Shown here one piece after another: positions 40,090 to 49,447 of a stretch of DNA of 64,000 nucleotides. Within the stretch, counting starts at the first letter, position 1, and every line of letters begins with the position of its first letter. The notes under the pieces are model-generated. The model saw nothing but the letters and a program-made list of their open reading frames with translations, was not told the DNA's origin and did no database searches. This DNA comes from an uncultured Burkholderiaceae bacterium (GTDB taxonomy: Bacteria; Pseudomonadota; Gammaproteobacteria; Burkholderiales; Burkholderiaceae_C): the NCBI GenBank assembly GCA_964389235.1, contig CAYMDM010000003.1, positions 24,252 through 88,251 on the forward strand. Direction: 5' to 3'. The translations under genes were made by a program, and so were the position numbers.

Positions 40090-41447
40090 CCGCGACGCTG
40101 CCTTTGCTGTCGCATCGCGACGAGCAGGCCGTGTTTGCCTGGCGCGAGGGAGCGCCCGTCACCGTAGCGGAGTTTCTGGCCGACGTTGCCGCGCTTGCCG
40201 AGCGTCTGCCGACCGGTCAGCATGTGCTCAATGTCTGTCGCGATCGCTACCTCACTGCCGTGGGCTTTGCCGCGGCGGTGGTCAGCGGCAAAGTCAGTCT
40301 GTTGCCGTCGACCCGCACGCCCGACACCATCGAGCAGTTGCGCCGCAGCGCCCCCGACCTGTTCTGTCTGGTCGACGGGCCGTGTGAAATCGACCTGCCG
40401 CAAGTTGCCTGTCTGCCGCGCGGCGAGCGCAGAAAGGGCGCAGAGTTCCATGTACCGGAAGTCGACGCCGACCGCGTGGTTGCCCGCGTCTACACCTCGG
40501 GCTCGACCGGGGTGCCCGTGCCACATGCCAAGACCTGGCGATCGCTGGTCGAGTGCACCCAAGCGGGGCGCGATCGGCTCGCCCTCCCCGCGGGTACGGC
40601 GCTGCTCGGCACGGTACCGGCGCAGCATATGTACGGCTTCGAGTCGACCCTGCTCATCGCCTTTCACGGCGGGCTGGCGCTCAGCGCAGCCCACCCCTTC
40701 TATCCGGGAGATGTGGCGGCCGAGCTCGCTCGACTGCCAGCACCCAGGCTGCTCGTGTCGACCCCGGTGCATCTGCGCGCCCTGCTTGCCTCCGGCGTCG
40801 CGCTGCCGGCGTTGCAGATGGTGCTGTGTGCCACCGCGCCGCTGTCCACCGAACTGGCCGCAGAGGTGGAGAGGGAATTCGGTGCACCGCTGCTGGAAAT
40901 CTACGGCTCGACCGAAACCGGGCAGATCGCCACGCGCCGTACCGCCCGCACGGACGTGTTCGAGCTGTTCCCCGGTGTGCAGCTCACCCCGATCGCCCCC
41001 GATGTCGCGCTGGCCTCGGGCGGACACCTGACCGAACCGACCCCCTTGCACGACGTGATTGAGCCGCTCGCGGGCGAGGGCCGTTTCCGCCTGCTCGGGC
41101 GTGGCGCGGACATGGTCAACATCGCGGGCAAACGCAGCTCGCTCGCGCATCTGAATCATCAGCTGTGCAGCATCCCCGGAGTGCTCGACGGCGCATTCCA
41201 CGCCCCAGCGTCCGATGCCCAGCAGGCCTCAGCCCGGCTGATGGCGTTCGTCGTCGCGCCCGGACTGACGCCGACCGCGGTCCGACGGGCACTGCGCCCG
41301 CGCATCGACCCGGCCTTCATGCCGCGTCCGTTGGTCTTGGTCGACGCATTGCCGCGCAACGCCACGGGCAAGCTGCCGCGCAGCGCCCTGGCCGCGCTGG
41401 CGCAGCAGCACGCGACGATGCCGGAGCCGCAAGCCCATGACGCTTGA
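40086..41447 (+). CDS. AMP-dependent aryl-acid:ACP ligase (adenylate-forming enzyme, XanA2/ApeH-like)
   Basis: GTG start (GTGA overlap). Motifs VYTSGSTGVPV, YGSTETG, GRGADMVNIAGKRSS and PRNATGKL. Confidence 0.88.
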   Translation: MTATLPLLSHRDEQAVFAWREGAPVTVAEFLADVAALAERLPTGQHVLNVCRDRYLTAVGFAAAVVSGKVSLLPSTRTPDTIEQLRRSAPDLFCLVDGPCEIDLPQVACLPRGERRKGAEFHVPEVDADRVVARVYTSGSTGVPVPHAKTWRSLVECTQAGRDRLALPAGTALLGTVPAQHMYGFESTLLIAFHGGLALSAAHPFYPGDVAAELARLPAPRLLVSTPVHLRALLASGVALPALQMVLCATAPLSTELAAEVEREFGAPLLEIYGSTETGQIATRRTARTDVFELFPGVQLTPIAPDVALASGGHLTEPTPLHDVIEPLAGEGRFRLLGRGADMVNIAGKRSSLAHLNHQLCSIPGVLDGAFHAPASDAQQASARLMAFVVAPGLTPTAVRRALRPRIDPAFMPRPLVLVDALPRNATGKLPRSALAALAQQHATMPEPQAHDA

Positions 41448-41757
41448 GCTGCCCCTGCCGGCTTTCGCTGCGGATCATCCGGCCTTCGCCGGCCACTTTC
41501 CCGGCAATCCCATCGTCCCGGGCGTGTTGCTGCTCGATGCCGCGCTGCAAGCGGTGTCCGGGCACCTGCCCACCGCCGCGGCGGAGCTGAAGGTGGACAG
41601 CGCCAAGTTTCTCGACGTCGTGCGGCCCGGTGAGCCGTTGTTGCTGCGGGTGGCGGCGGCGGCGAATGAGCGCCTGCAATTCGAACTGCAGCGCGCCGGT
41701 CAGGTCGTCGCCAGCGGCGTGCTCTCGATTCCGTTGTTATCGCCGGCGCAGCCATGA
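41437..41757 (+). CDS. small hotdog-fold dehydratase (FabZ-like, 106 aa)
   Basis: HPAFAGHFPGNPIVPGVLLLDAALQ motif. 11-nt overlap with the ligase gene. Confidence 0.7.
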   Translation: MTLELPLPAFAADHPAFAGHFPGNPIVPGVLLLDAALQAVSGHLPTAAAELKVDSAKFLDVVRPGEPLLLRVAAAANERLQFELQRAGQVVASGVLSIPLLSPAQP

Positions 41758-42752
41758 ATTCGCATCCCGGCTCCCTTCCCGATGTCGCATCGCCGCGGGC
41801 TGAACCTCGCGCCCCAGCAGCGTCGCCCCCGCCGGCCGAATGGCGGGGCCGGCGCGAACGCAGCAACGCACTGATGCTGCGCATCATGACCTGGATCTCG
41901 CTGACGCTGGGCCGGCGCGTCGCGCGGGTAGTGCTGCAGGGCATCAGCCTCTACTTCTTTGCCTTTTCGCCCAAAGCCCGCCGCGCTTCGCGCCACTACC
42001 TCACTCGCGCGCTCGGACGCCGGCCGCGCTGGAGCGAACGTCTCGGCCATATCCACGCCTTCGCGTCGACCATCCACGACCGCGTCTATCTGCTCAACGA
42101 CCGCAGCGATCTGTTCGACCTGTCGTTCGACGGGGTGGAACACCTCGAGCACGCGCTTGCAGCGGGTCGGGGCGTGATTCTGCTCGGCGCGCATTACGGC
42201 AGCTTCGAAGTGCTGCGCGCCGTCGGGCGGGCCCGGGGCGGAATGCACATCGCCCTGCTGATGTACCCGGACAATGCGCGCAAGATCAACGCCGCGCTGC
42301 ATGCGATCAACCCGGCGGCCGAGCACGACATCATTGCCCTCGGCCGCACCGACTCGATGCTGCGGGTGAGTGCGGCGCTGGATCGCGGCCACATCGTCGG
42401 CATCCTGGCCGATCGCTCGCTGCACCACGACACCGTGGCCACCCGCCGCTTTCTCGGCGCCGATGCAGCCTGGCCGCTGGGGCCGCTGCGCATCGCCGCG
42501 CTGCTGCGCCGACCGGTGCTTTTCATGGCCGGCACCTATCTGGGCGGCAACCGATACGAAGTCAGCTTCCGCCCGCTGGCCGATTTTTCCGACGTCGAGC
42601 GCCCGCAGCGTGCCCAAGCCGTTGCCTCCGCGCTCGACACTTACGTCGCCGAATTGGAGGCATGTTGCCGCCGCGTGCCGAACAACTGGTTCAACTTCTT
42701 CGACTTCTGGGCCGGGCCAGGCCCCCAGCCCACCAGGGTACCTTCGGCATGA
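41754..42752 (+). CDS. LpxL/HtrB-family (lipid A biosynthesis-type) acyltransferase
   Basis: N-terminal membrane anchor, HX4E motif in LLGAHYGSFE, ...GILADRS... ATGA overlap upstream. Confidence 0.8.
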   Translation: MNSHPGSLPDVASPRAEPRAPAASPPPAEWRGRRERSNALMLRIMTWISLTLGRRVARVVLQGISLYFFAFSPKARRASRHYLTRALGRRPRWSERLGHIHAFASTIHDRVYLLNDRSDLFDLSFDGVEHLEHALAAGRGVILLGAHYGSFEVLRAVGRARGGMHIALLMYPDNARKINAALHAINPAAEHDIIALGRTDSMLRVSAALDRGHIVGILADRSLHHDTVATRRFLGADAAWPLGPLRIAALLRRPVLFMAGTYLGGNRYEVSFRPLADFSDVERPQRAQAVASALDTYVAELEACCRRVPNNWFNFFDFWAGPGPQPTRVPSA

Positions 42753-43357
42753 CTGAGAGAATCCTCGCTGACCGGCGTCAGACCCTGCGTGCGCTGCTGT
42801 TCGCTGCATCGGCGGTGCTCGTTCCCTGGCCGGCGGCACGCGCGGCGACCTGGGATCTGCAGGCGCTGATGAAGGCGCTGGCCGCACGCAAGTCCGGCCG
42901 GGCGCAGTTCACCGAGGTCAAGACGCTGGCGCTGCTCAACGCGCCGATTGAGTCTTCGGGGCTGCTGCGCTTTGTCGCGCCGGATTTTCTGGAAATGCGC
43001 ACCCTCAAGCCCAAGCCGCAGACCATCGTCGTGCAGGGCGGGCAGGTCACGCTCGATTTCGACGGCCAACCGCGCCAGTTCAGCCTGGCCGACCACCCGG
43101 AAGTCGCCGCCCTGATCGACGGTATCCGCGCCACCCTCAATGGCGACCTCGCGGGGCTGCAGCGCGTCTACGCGACCTCGCTCAGCGGCAACGAGCAGCT
43201 GTGGACGCTCAAGCTGGTGCCGCGGCTGGCCGCAGCCCGCGCCAAGGTCAGCGAAATCGACATCAGCGGCTCCGGCGCAACGGTGCTGAACATCGCCATC
43301 GATCAGACCGATGGCGACCGCTCGCTGATGACCCTGCGCGAGATCCGGCAACCGTGA
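42749..43357 (+). CDS. LolA-like outer-membrane lipoprotein carrier family protein
   Basis: ATG 42749 (ATGA overlap) gives MTERILADRRQTLRALLFAASAVLVPWPAARA-A... Then ...FTEVKTLALLNAPIESSGLLRF..., as in the LolA-like proteins of ape/xan clusters. Confidence 0.7.
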   Translation: MTERILADRRQTLRALLFAASAVLVPWPAARAATWDLQALMKALAARKSGRAQFTEVKTLALLNAPIESSGLLRFVAPDFLEMRTLKPKPQTIVVQGGQVTLDFDGQPRQFSLADHPEVAALIDGIRATLNGDLAGLQRVYATSLSGNEQLWTLKLVPRLAAARAKVSEIDISGSGATVLNIAIDQTDGDRSLMTLREIRQP

Positions 43358-45726
43358 AAAGGCCATGGTTCGCTCCGGTGCTGATCTGGCTCGCCGTGGT
43401 TGTCGCAGCAGCCGGCGTGGTACTGCATGCGAAATTTTCTGCCGACATGTCGGCTTTCCTGCCGCGCTCGCCCGATGCGCAGCAGCGGGTGCTGGTCGAC
43501 CAGCTGCGCGACGGTCTGGTGTCGCGCATTCTGATGATCGGCATCGATGGCGGCTCGCAGCCGTCGCGTGCCGAGCTGTCGCGCCAACTGGCCGCCGCGC
43601 TGCGTGCCATGCCGGCCTTCGCTTCGGTCAACAATGGGCAGACGGTCGATCTTGCGCGCGACTTCGAGGTGGTGTTCGCCCACCGCTACCTCCTCAGCCC
43701 GCAGACCGATGCACAGAGCTTCAGCGCCCATAGCCTGCACCAAACCATCGCCGACAGCATCGCCCAGCTGGCCTCGCCGATGGGCGGCAGCCTCAAGCGT
43801 CTGCTGCCCAGCGACCCGACTGGCGCCACGCTGCGCTTTCTCAGCGCAGCAGCCCCCGGAGCGCAGCCGCGGCTGATCGACGGGGTGTGGTTCACCCCTG
43901 ACGGCCAGCGCGCGCTGCTGCTGGTGATCCTGCGCGCCCCAGGCACCGACACCGATGCGCAACAGAGTGCACTCAAGGCGCTGCAAAACCGCTTCGACGC
44001 CCTGCGCCGAGCCGCCGGCCCGGCCGCCGATGGCGCCACCCTCGTGGTCAGCGGCCCGGCGGTGTTCGCGGTCACCTCGCGCGCAACCATCAAGGACGCG
44101 GTGGGCCGAGTCACGGTGATCGGCGCGGTGCTGATCATCGCCCTGCTGCTCATGGTCTACCGCTCGCTGCCCGTGCTCGCGCTGGGGCTGCTGCCGGTGC
44201 TCACCGGGGTGCTGGTCGCCACCGCCGCGGTCAGCCTCGGCTTTGGGGTGGTGCAGGGCATCACCCTGGGTTTCGGCACGACGCTGATGGGCGAGGCGGT
44301 CGACTACTCGATCTACCTGTTCGTCCAGTCTGGCGCGCGCCATGCGGCCGGGCACGCCGACTGGCTGTCCGGTTTCTGGCCGACGGTGCGGCTGGGAATG
44401 CTCACCTCGGTGGTCGGCTTCGCCACCTTGCTCGCCTCGGACTTTCCAGGGCTGGCGCAGATCGGCGCCTATTCCATCGCCGGTCTGGTGACCGCGGCGC
44501 TGGTCACGCGCTTTGTGCTGCCGCATCTGCTGCCGCCGCGGTTCGCGGTGCGCGATCTGTCGCCGGTCGGGGTGCGGCTGCTGCACGCCGTCGCCGTGCT
44601 GCGGCGCCTGCGGGTTCCGCTGCTGCTGCTGTTGCTGGCAGCGATCGGCGTGGTCGTCGCCCAGCGGCAGCATATCTGGAATGACCGCCTGGCCGCACTC
44701 AGCCCGATTCCGCAACACCTGCTCGATACCGACGCCGAACTGCGTCGCCAGATCGGCGCGCCCGACTCCGGCGATCTGGTGGCCGTCTCCGGCGCAACGC
44801 AGGACGCGGTGCTGCAGGCCGCCGAGCGTCTGGCGCCACGCCTCGAGCAGTTGCAGCGCGAGGGGGTAATCGGCGGTTTCGACTCCCCGGCCCGCTATCT
44901 GCCCAGCGCCCAGACCCAGCGGGCGCGCGAGCGCAGTCTGCCCGACGCCGCAACGCTGCAAACCAACCTCGAGCAGGCGGTCAAGGGCTTGCCGATCGAC
45001 GCAAAGGTGTTCGCGCCGTTCGTCCAAGCCGTGCAGGCCGCGCGCAATGCGCCGTTGCTGACCCGCGCGGACTACGACGGCACGTCGTTTGCGCTCGCTC
45101 TCGACGGCATGCTGCTGCGCGGCGCCGACGGCGTGTGGACCGCCTTGCTGCCCCTGCGCTCTCCCGCAACGGGTGCGATCGACTCGGCTGCCGTGCAGCG
45201 CGCGCTGCACGGCAGCGGGGCGAATTTCGTCGATCTCGGCGCCACCAGCAACCAGCTCTACCGCGGCTATCTGCACACCGCGGCCTGGGCGTCGCTGGCC
45301 GGGGTGGTGGGCATGGTGTTGCTGCTGCTGATTGCGCTGCGTTCGCCGCTGCGCGTCGCGCGGGTGATGGCCCCGCTGCTGACCGCGGTGATCGTGGTCG
45401 TCGCCGGGCTGACGCTGCTCGGCGTGAAGCTGACCCTGCTGCACCTGGTCGGGCTGATGCTGGTGATCGCCGTCGGCTCCAACTATGCGCTGTTTTTCGA
45501 CGCCGGCAGCCGCCACGGCGGCATCGCGCCACGCACCCTGGCCTCGCTGGTGTTCGCCAACCTGACCACCGTCGCCGGCTTCGGGCCGCTGTTGATTTCG
45601 GGCGTGCCGGTGCTCACCTCGCTCGGAGCCACGGTCGGCCCCGGCGCACTGCTGGCCCTGCTGTTCTCGGCCATCCTGTCCGCGCCCCAGCCGGCGCCGT
45701 CGGCGGTCGGCGCCGCCGCAAGCTGA
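43354..45726 (+). CDS. MMPL/RND-superfamily exporter
   Basis: GTG 43354 (GTGA overlap) gives VKRPWFAPVLIWLAVVVAAAGVVL... About 790 aa with two 6-helix bundles separated by large periplasmic loops. Confidence 0.8.
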   Translation: MKRPWFAPVLIWLAVVVAAAGVVLHAKFSADMSAFLPRSPDAQQRVLVDQLRDGLVSRILMIGIDGGSQPSRAELSRQLAAALRAMPAFASVNNGQTVDLARDFEVVFAHRYLLSPQTDAQSFSAHSLHQTIADSIAQLASPMGGSLKRLLPSDPTGATLRFLSAAAPGAQPRLIDGVWFTPDGQRALLLVILRAPGTDTDAQQSALKALQNRFDALRRAAGPAADGATLVVSGPAVFAVTSRATIKDAVGRVTVIGAVLIIALLLMVYRSLPVLALGLLPVLTGVLVATAAVSLGFGVVQGITLGFGTTLMGEAVDYSIYLFVQSGARHAAGHADWLSGFWPTVRLGMLTSVVGFATLLASDFPGLAQIGAYSIAGLVTAALVTRFVLPHLLPPRFAVRDLSPVGVRLLHAVAVLRRLRVPLLLLLLAAIGVVVAQRQHIWNDRLAALSPIPQHLLDTDAELRRQIGAPDSGDLVAVSGATQDAVLQAAERLAPRLEQLQREGVIGGFDSPARYLPSAQTQRARERSLPDAATLQTNLEQAVKGLPIDAKVFAPFVQAVQAARNAPLLTRADYDGTSFALALDGMLLRGADGVWTALLPLRSPATGAIDSAAVQRALHGSGANFVDLGATSNQLYRGYLHTAAWASLAGVVGMVLLLLIALRSPLRVARVMAPLLTAVIVVVAGLTLLGVKLTLLHLVGLMLVIAVGSNYALFFDAGSRHGGIAPRTLASLVFANLTTVAGFGPLLISGVPVLTSLGATVGPGALLALLFSAILSAPQPAPSAVGAAAS

Positions 45727-45733
45727 ATCCGCC

Positions 45734-46588
45734 ATGTCCGCGTCCGCCTCGCCGCCCCCTTTGCCCACCCTCGTCGCGTCCCGCAGGCGCGGCGTGGAGC
45801 CGGTTTGGTGGCTCGTCGGCGCGGTGCACGCCGGCGCGCTGGCCGCGGTGCTCGTCTGGCCGTCGATGTGGCTCTGGGCCATCGCCGCGGTGGTGCTCAG
45901 CCACGGGGGGATCACGGCGCTCACCCTCACGCCGCGCACCCAATGGCTGGGGCCGAATCTCGTGCGCCTGCCCGAAACTCGGGCTCGCCGCGGTGAGGTC
46001 GCGCTGACCCTCGACGACGGCCCCGACCCCCAGCTCACCCCTGCCGTGCTCGATCTGCTCGATCGCTACGGCGCCAAGGCGAGCTTTTTCTGCATCGGCC
46101 AGCGCGTGGCGCAGCACCCGGAGCTGGCGCGCGAAATCGTTCGCCGCGGCCATCGCGTGGAAAACCACTCGGCCCATCATCGTCACAACTTCGCTCTGCT
46201 CGGCCCGCGCGGCTACCGCCGCGAACTCGAAGCGGCGCAATCCATCATCCTCAGCGCAGTCGGCCGCGCGCCGCGTTTTTTCCGGGCTCCCGCCGGCTTC
46301 CGCAACCCCTTTCTCTGGCCGGCGCTGCGCCAGACCGGGCTGCAGCTCGCATCGTGGACGCGGCGGGGTTTCGACACCCGCGACGCCGATGCGCAGCGCG
46401 TGCTGCGCCGGCTGCTGCGCAACCTCAGCGCGGGCGACATCCTGCTGCTGCACGACGGCCACGCCGCACGCGACGCGAGCGGCCGCCCGATTGTTCTCGA
46501 CGTGCTCCCCGCCTTGCTCGAAGCCCTGCAACGGCAGGGACTGCGCGCCGTCGCCCTCGACCCGGAGGATGAACATGCCGCCGGCTGA
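45734..46588 (+). CDS. polysaccharide deacetylase (NodB homology domain) with N-terminal membrane helices
   Basis: Motifs LTLDDGP, ENHSAHH and FRAPAG. Confidence 0.85.
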   Translation: MSASASPPPLPTLVASRRRGVEPVWWLVGAVHAGALAAVLVWPSMWLWAIAAVVLSHGGITALTLTPRTQWLGPNLVRLPETRARRGEVALTLDDGPDPQLTPAVLDLLDRYGAKASFFCIGQRVAQHPELAREIVRRGHRVENHSAHHRHNFALLGPRGYRRELEAAQSIILSAVGRAPRFFRAPAGFRNPFLWPALRQTGLQLASWTRRGFDTRDADAQRVLRRLLRNLSAGDILLLHDGHAARDASGRPIVLDVLPALLEALQRQGLRAVALDPEDEHAAG

Positions 46589-47333
46589 AGCCCTCGCCAT
46601 CCGCCAACCCAGGGACTGGCTGTCCACCCTGGCCGGCGCCGCCGCGCAGCCCTACCGGCGTGCGGGCCGCTTTGCCTGGCATTTCGCCCGCGGCAAGCTG
46701 CTGCACGACCCCGCTTTCGGTGGGCTGCTGCAGATCGGCGGCATCCCGGATGGTGGGCGGGTTCTCGACCTCGGCTGCGGCCAGGCGCTGCTGGCCCCGT
46801 GGCTGCAGCAGGCGGCCGAGCGCCACCGTGCAGGTGACTGGCCGACTGGTTGGCCGGCGCCACCGCGCGGCATCCGCTACCGCGGCATCGAACTCATGCC
46901 GCGGGACGTCGCGCGGGCGCGGCGGGCGCTGGGCGACACGGCGCAGATCGAGGTCGGCGACATTCGCGACGCCGACCTCGGCGCCTGCGATGCAGTGGTG
47001 ATCCTCGACGTGCTGCATTATTTCGACCAGCCGGCGCAGGAGCGGCTGCTGCAGCGCATCCACGCCAGCCTCGCCAGTGATGGCGTGCTGTTCCTTCGCG
47101 TCGGCGATGCCGCCGCGGGCTGGCGCTTCCATTTCAGCAACTGGGTCGATCGGGTCGTCACCCGCGTGCGCGGGCACCGTGTCCCCCCGGTGTACTGCCG
47201 GCCGCTGAACGAATGGCAAGCGCTGCTGCAACGGCTGGGTTTTGACGTCAGCGCCATTCCGATGAGCGCCGGCACACCGTTTGCGAACGTGCTGCTGGTC
47301 GCGCGCAAGCTCGGGTCAGCGCCCGGCTGTTGA
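46569..47333 (+). CDS. class I SAM-dependent methyltransferase
   Basis: Internal ATG 46569 or 46575 (MNMPPAEAL...). SAM motif RVLDLGCGQA and ...AVVILDVLHY... Confidence 0.75.
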   Translation: MNMPPAEALAIRQPRDWLSTLAGAAAQPYRRAGRFAWHFARGKLLHDPAFGGLLQIGGIPDGGRVLDLGCGQALLAPWLQQAAERHRAGDWPTGWPAPPRGIRYRGIELMPRDVARARRALGDTAQIEVGDIRDADLGACDAVVILDVLHYFDQPAQERLLQRIHASLASDGVLFLRVGDAAAGWRFHFSNWVDRVVTRVRGHRVPPVYCRPLNEWQALLQRLGFDVSAIPMSAGTPFANVLLVARKLGSAPGC

Positions 47334-47381
47334 TCGTTTATCGCTTTCGTTTCTGTTCCCCTCCTTTTCTTCGCTTCACAC

Positions 47382-48614
47382 GTGCCTGTTTCCTCCGTTC
47401 CCCCGCTGCTGCTGCGACACGTCACGGCCACGAGCTGTCTGGGCCGCGGCCTCGCCGCCCATCTGCAGGCGATGCAGTCCAACCGTTCCGGGCTGGCGCC
47501 CTGCCGGTTCGAGACCGTCGATCTGCCCACCTGGGTCGGCGAGGTCGAAGGCGTCGACCAGACCCGACTGCCGCCGGCGCTCGCCGAGTTCGACTGTCGC
47601 AACAACCGCCTCGCGGAACTCGCCCTGCAGCAGGACGCCTTTGCGGAACACGTCGCCGCGGCCGTTGCTCGATACGGTGCGCAACGCGTGGGCCTGTTCG
47701 TCGGCACCAGCACCTCGGGCATCCTGCAGACCGAACTGGCCTACCGACGTCGCGGCGAGGGCGGTGCCCTGCCAGGCGATTTCCACTACGCCGGAACGCA
47801 CAGCACCGCCTCGCTCGCCGCCTATCTGCGCGCTCGCCTGGGCCTGCAGGGGCCGGCAAGCGTCGTGTCTTCGGCCTGTTCATCAAGCGCCAAGGTGTTC
47901 GCCACCGCGCAGCGCATGATTGCCGCGGGGCTGGTGGACTGTGCCGTGGTCGGCGGGGTCGACACTCTGTGCCTGACCACGATGTACGGATTCAATTCAC
48001 TCGAACTGCTGTCGCCCGACCCGGCCCGGCCGTTCGACGCCGCCCGCAGCGGGCTGTCGCTGGGCGAGGCCGCGGCATTCGCTCTGGTCGAGCGTGTGCC
48101 GGTCGAGCCGCAGGCCGATGTGGTGCTGCTGCTGGGCAGCGGCGAGTCCAGTGACGCCTATCACATGTCCTCACCCCACCCGGATGGGCTGGGCGCCCGG
48201 CTGGCCATGCAGGCCGCGCTGCAACAGGCGGGACTCACGGCGCAGCAGATCGACTACATCAATTTGCACGGCACGGCGACCCCGAGCAACGACGCCGCCG
48301 AAGGCCGCGCCGTCGCCGCACTGTTCGGCGCGGGCGTCCCTTGCAGTTCGACCAAGGGCGCGACCGGCCACACCCTGGGCGCCGCCGGCGGGCTGGAAGC
48401 GGTTCTGTCGTGGCTGGCGCTGCGCGAAGGCCTGCTGCCGGGCAGTCCCGGCACCAGCGCGCTCGATGCGCAGATCGCCGGCAACAGCGCGCTGGACTAT
48501 CGGCTCGCCCCCAGCGCCCAGCCGCTGCGGCGCGTGCTGAGCAACTCCTTCGGTTTTGGCGGCACCAACTGCAGCCTGATCTTCGCGCGGGGCGATGCGG
48601 AGGCGCTCGCATGA
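47382..48614 (+). CDS. beta-ketoacyl synthase (aryl-polyene KS, ApeO-like), catalytic triad intact
   Basis: GTG start. Cys in VSSACSSS, His in AYHMSSP, His in NLHGTAT, then NSFGFGGTN. Confidence 0.9.
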   Translation: MPVSSVPPLLLRHVTATSCLGRGLAAHLQAMQSNRSGLAPCRFETVDLPTWVGEVEGVDQTRLPPALAEFDCRNNRLAELALQQDAFAEHVAAAVARYGAQRVGLFVGTSTSGILQTELAYRRRGEGGALPGDFHYAGTHSTASLAAYLRARLGLQGPASVVSSACSSSAKVFATAQRMIAAGLVDCAVVGGVDTLCLTTMYGFNSLELLSPDPARPFDAARSGLSLGEAAAFALVERVPVEPQADVVLLLGSGESSDAYHMSSPHPDGLGARLAMQAALQQAGLTAQQIDYINLHGTATPSNDAAEGRAVAALFGAGVPCSSTKGATGHTLGAAGGLEAVLSWLALREGLLPGSPGTSALDAQIAGNSALDYRLAPSAQPLRRVLSNSFGFGGTNCSLIFARGDAEALA

Positions 48615-49447
48615 ACGATCGCGCACAACCGCAGCCTCTGACCGCCCACATCGCCAGCATCGGCGTGCTCGGGCCGGGGATTGCCGACTGGCCGGCCGCC
48701 GCGGCGCTGCTGCGTGCTGAGCAGGCGTATCAACCCGAACCCACCGTCCTGCCGGCGCCCGAACTGCTGCCGCCCGCCGAACGCCGCCGCGCGACTCCGG
48801 CCATCAAGCTCACCCTGGCCGCGGGCCTTGAGGCGATCGAGCGGGCGGGGCGAAGCGGCGGCGCCGCGGACTTGCCCACCGTTTTCGCCGCCTCGGGCGG
48901 CGACGGCTTCAACTGTCACGCCATCTGCGAGGCACTGGCCGGTGCCGATCGCTTCATCTCCCCGACCCGTTTCCACAACTCGGTGCACAACGCCGCCTCA
49001 GGGTACTGGGGCATTGCCACCCGCTCGATGGCACCGTCGGCCGTGCTCAGCGCGCCGCACGACGGCAGCTTCGCCGCGGGACTGCTCGAGGCCATGAGCC
49101 AGGTGGCGACCGGCCAGACCGAGGTGCTGCTGCTGGTCTATGACACCGATTACCCCGAGCCGCTGCGCCGCGTCCGGCCGATTCCCGACAATTTCGCCGT
49201 GGCGCTGCTGCTCTCGCCGACGGCCGGCCCCAACGCACTCGCCCGCCTGCTTCTGTCACCTCAGGCGGCCTTCACCGACCGCGCAGCCGATGCGCTCGCG
49301 CACAGCGCACTGGAAGATCTGCGGCAATCCATTCCGGCCGCGCGCGCCCTGCCGCTGCTGCAACGTCTGGCGCAAGCGCGGTGGGGAGCGGTCTGCCTCG
49401 ACCACGCGCCGGGCCAGCGCCTGCAAGTCCACGTCGAATCATGCTGA
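48611..49447 (+). CDS. KS-like chain-length-factor type protein (N-terminal KS-like domain only, no active-site Cys)
   Basis: ATG 48611 (ATGA overlap) gives MNDRAQPQPLTAHIASIGVLGPG... 278 aa, ...FHNSVHNAASGYWGIA..., with no C-S-S nucleophile elbow or HGT motif. Confidence 0.7.
   Translation: MNDRAQPQPLTAHIASIGVLGPGIADWPAAAALLRAEQAYQPEPTVLPAPELLPPAERRRATPAIKLTLAAGLEAIERAGRSGGAADLPTVFAASGGDGFNCHAICEALAGADRFISPTRFHNSVHNAASGYWGIATRSMAPSAVLSAPHDGSFAAGLLEAMSQVATGQTEVLLLVYDTDYPEPLRRVRPIPDNFAVALLLSPTAGPNALARLLLSPQAAFTDRAADALAHSALEDLRQSIPAARALPLLQRLAQARWGAVCLDHAPGQRLQVHVESC

Noticed and set aside
43303-46038. Very long antisense or off-frame ORFs. Examples are 43303-46038(-) 911 aa, 57361-59985(-) 874 aa, 25035-27830(+) 931 aa, 10583-12562(+), 13510-15267(+), 15277-17667(+), 18998-20836(+), 59979-61955(-), 60995-62977(+), 2608-4248(+) and 3794-5293(+).
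   Set aside because: All of them overlap genes with clear family signatures on the other strand or frame. Their translations are dominated by R/A/G/P/H/Q low-complexity runs. This is the expected shadow-ORF behaviour of high-GC DNA with few stop codons.
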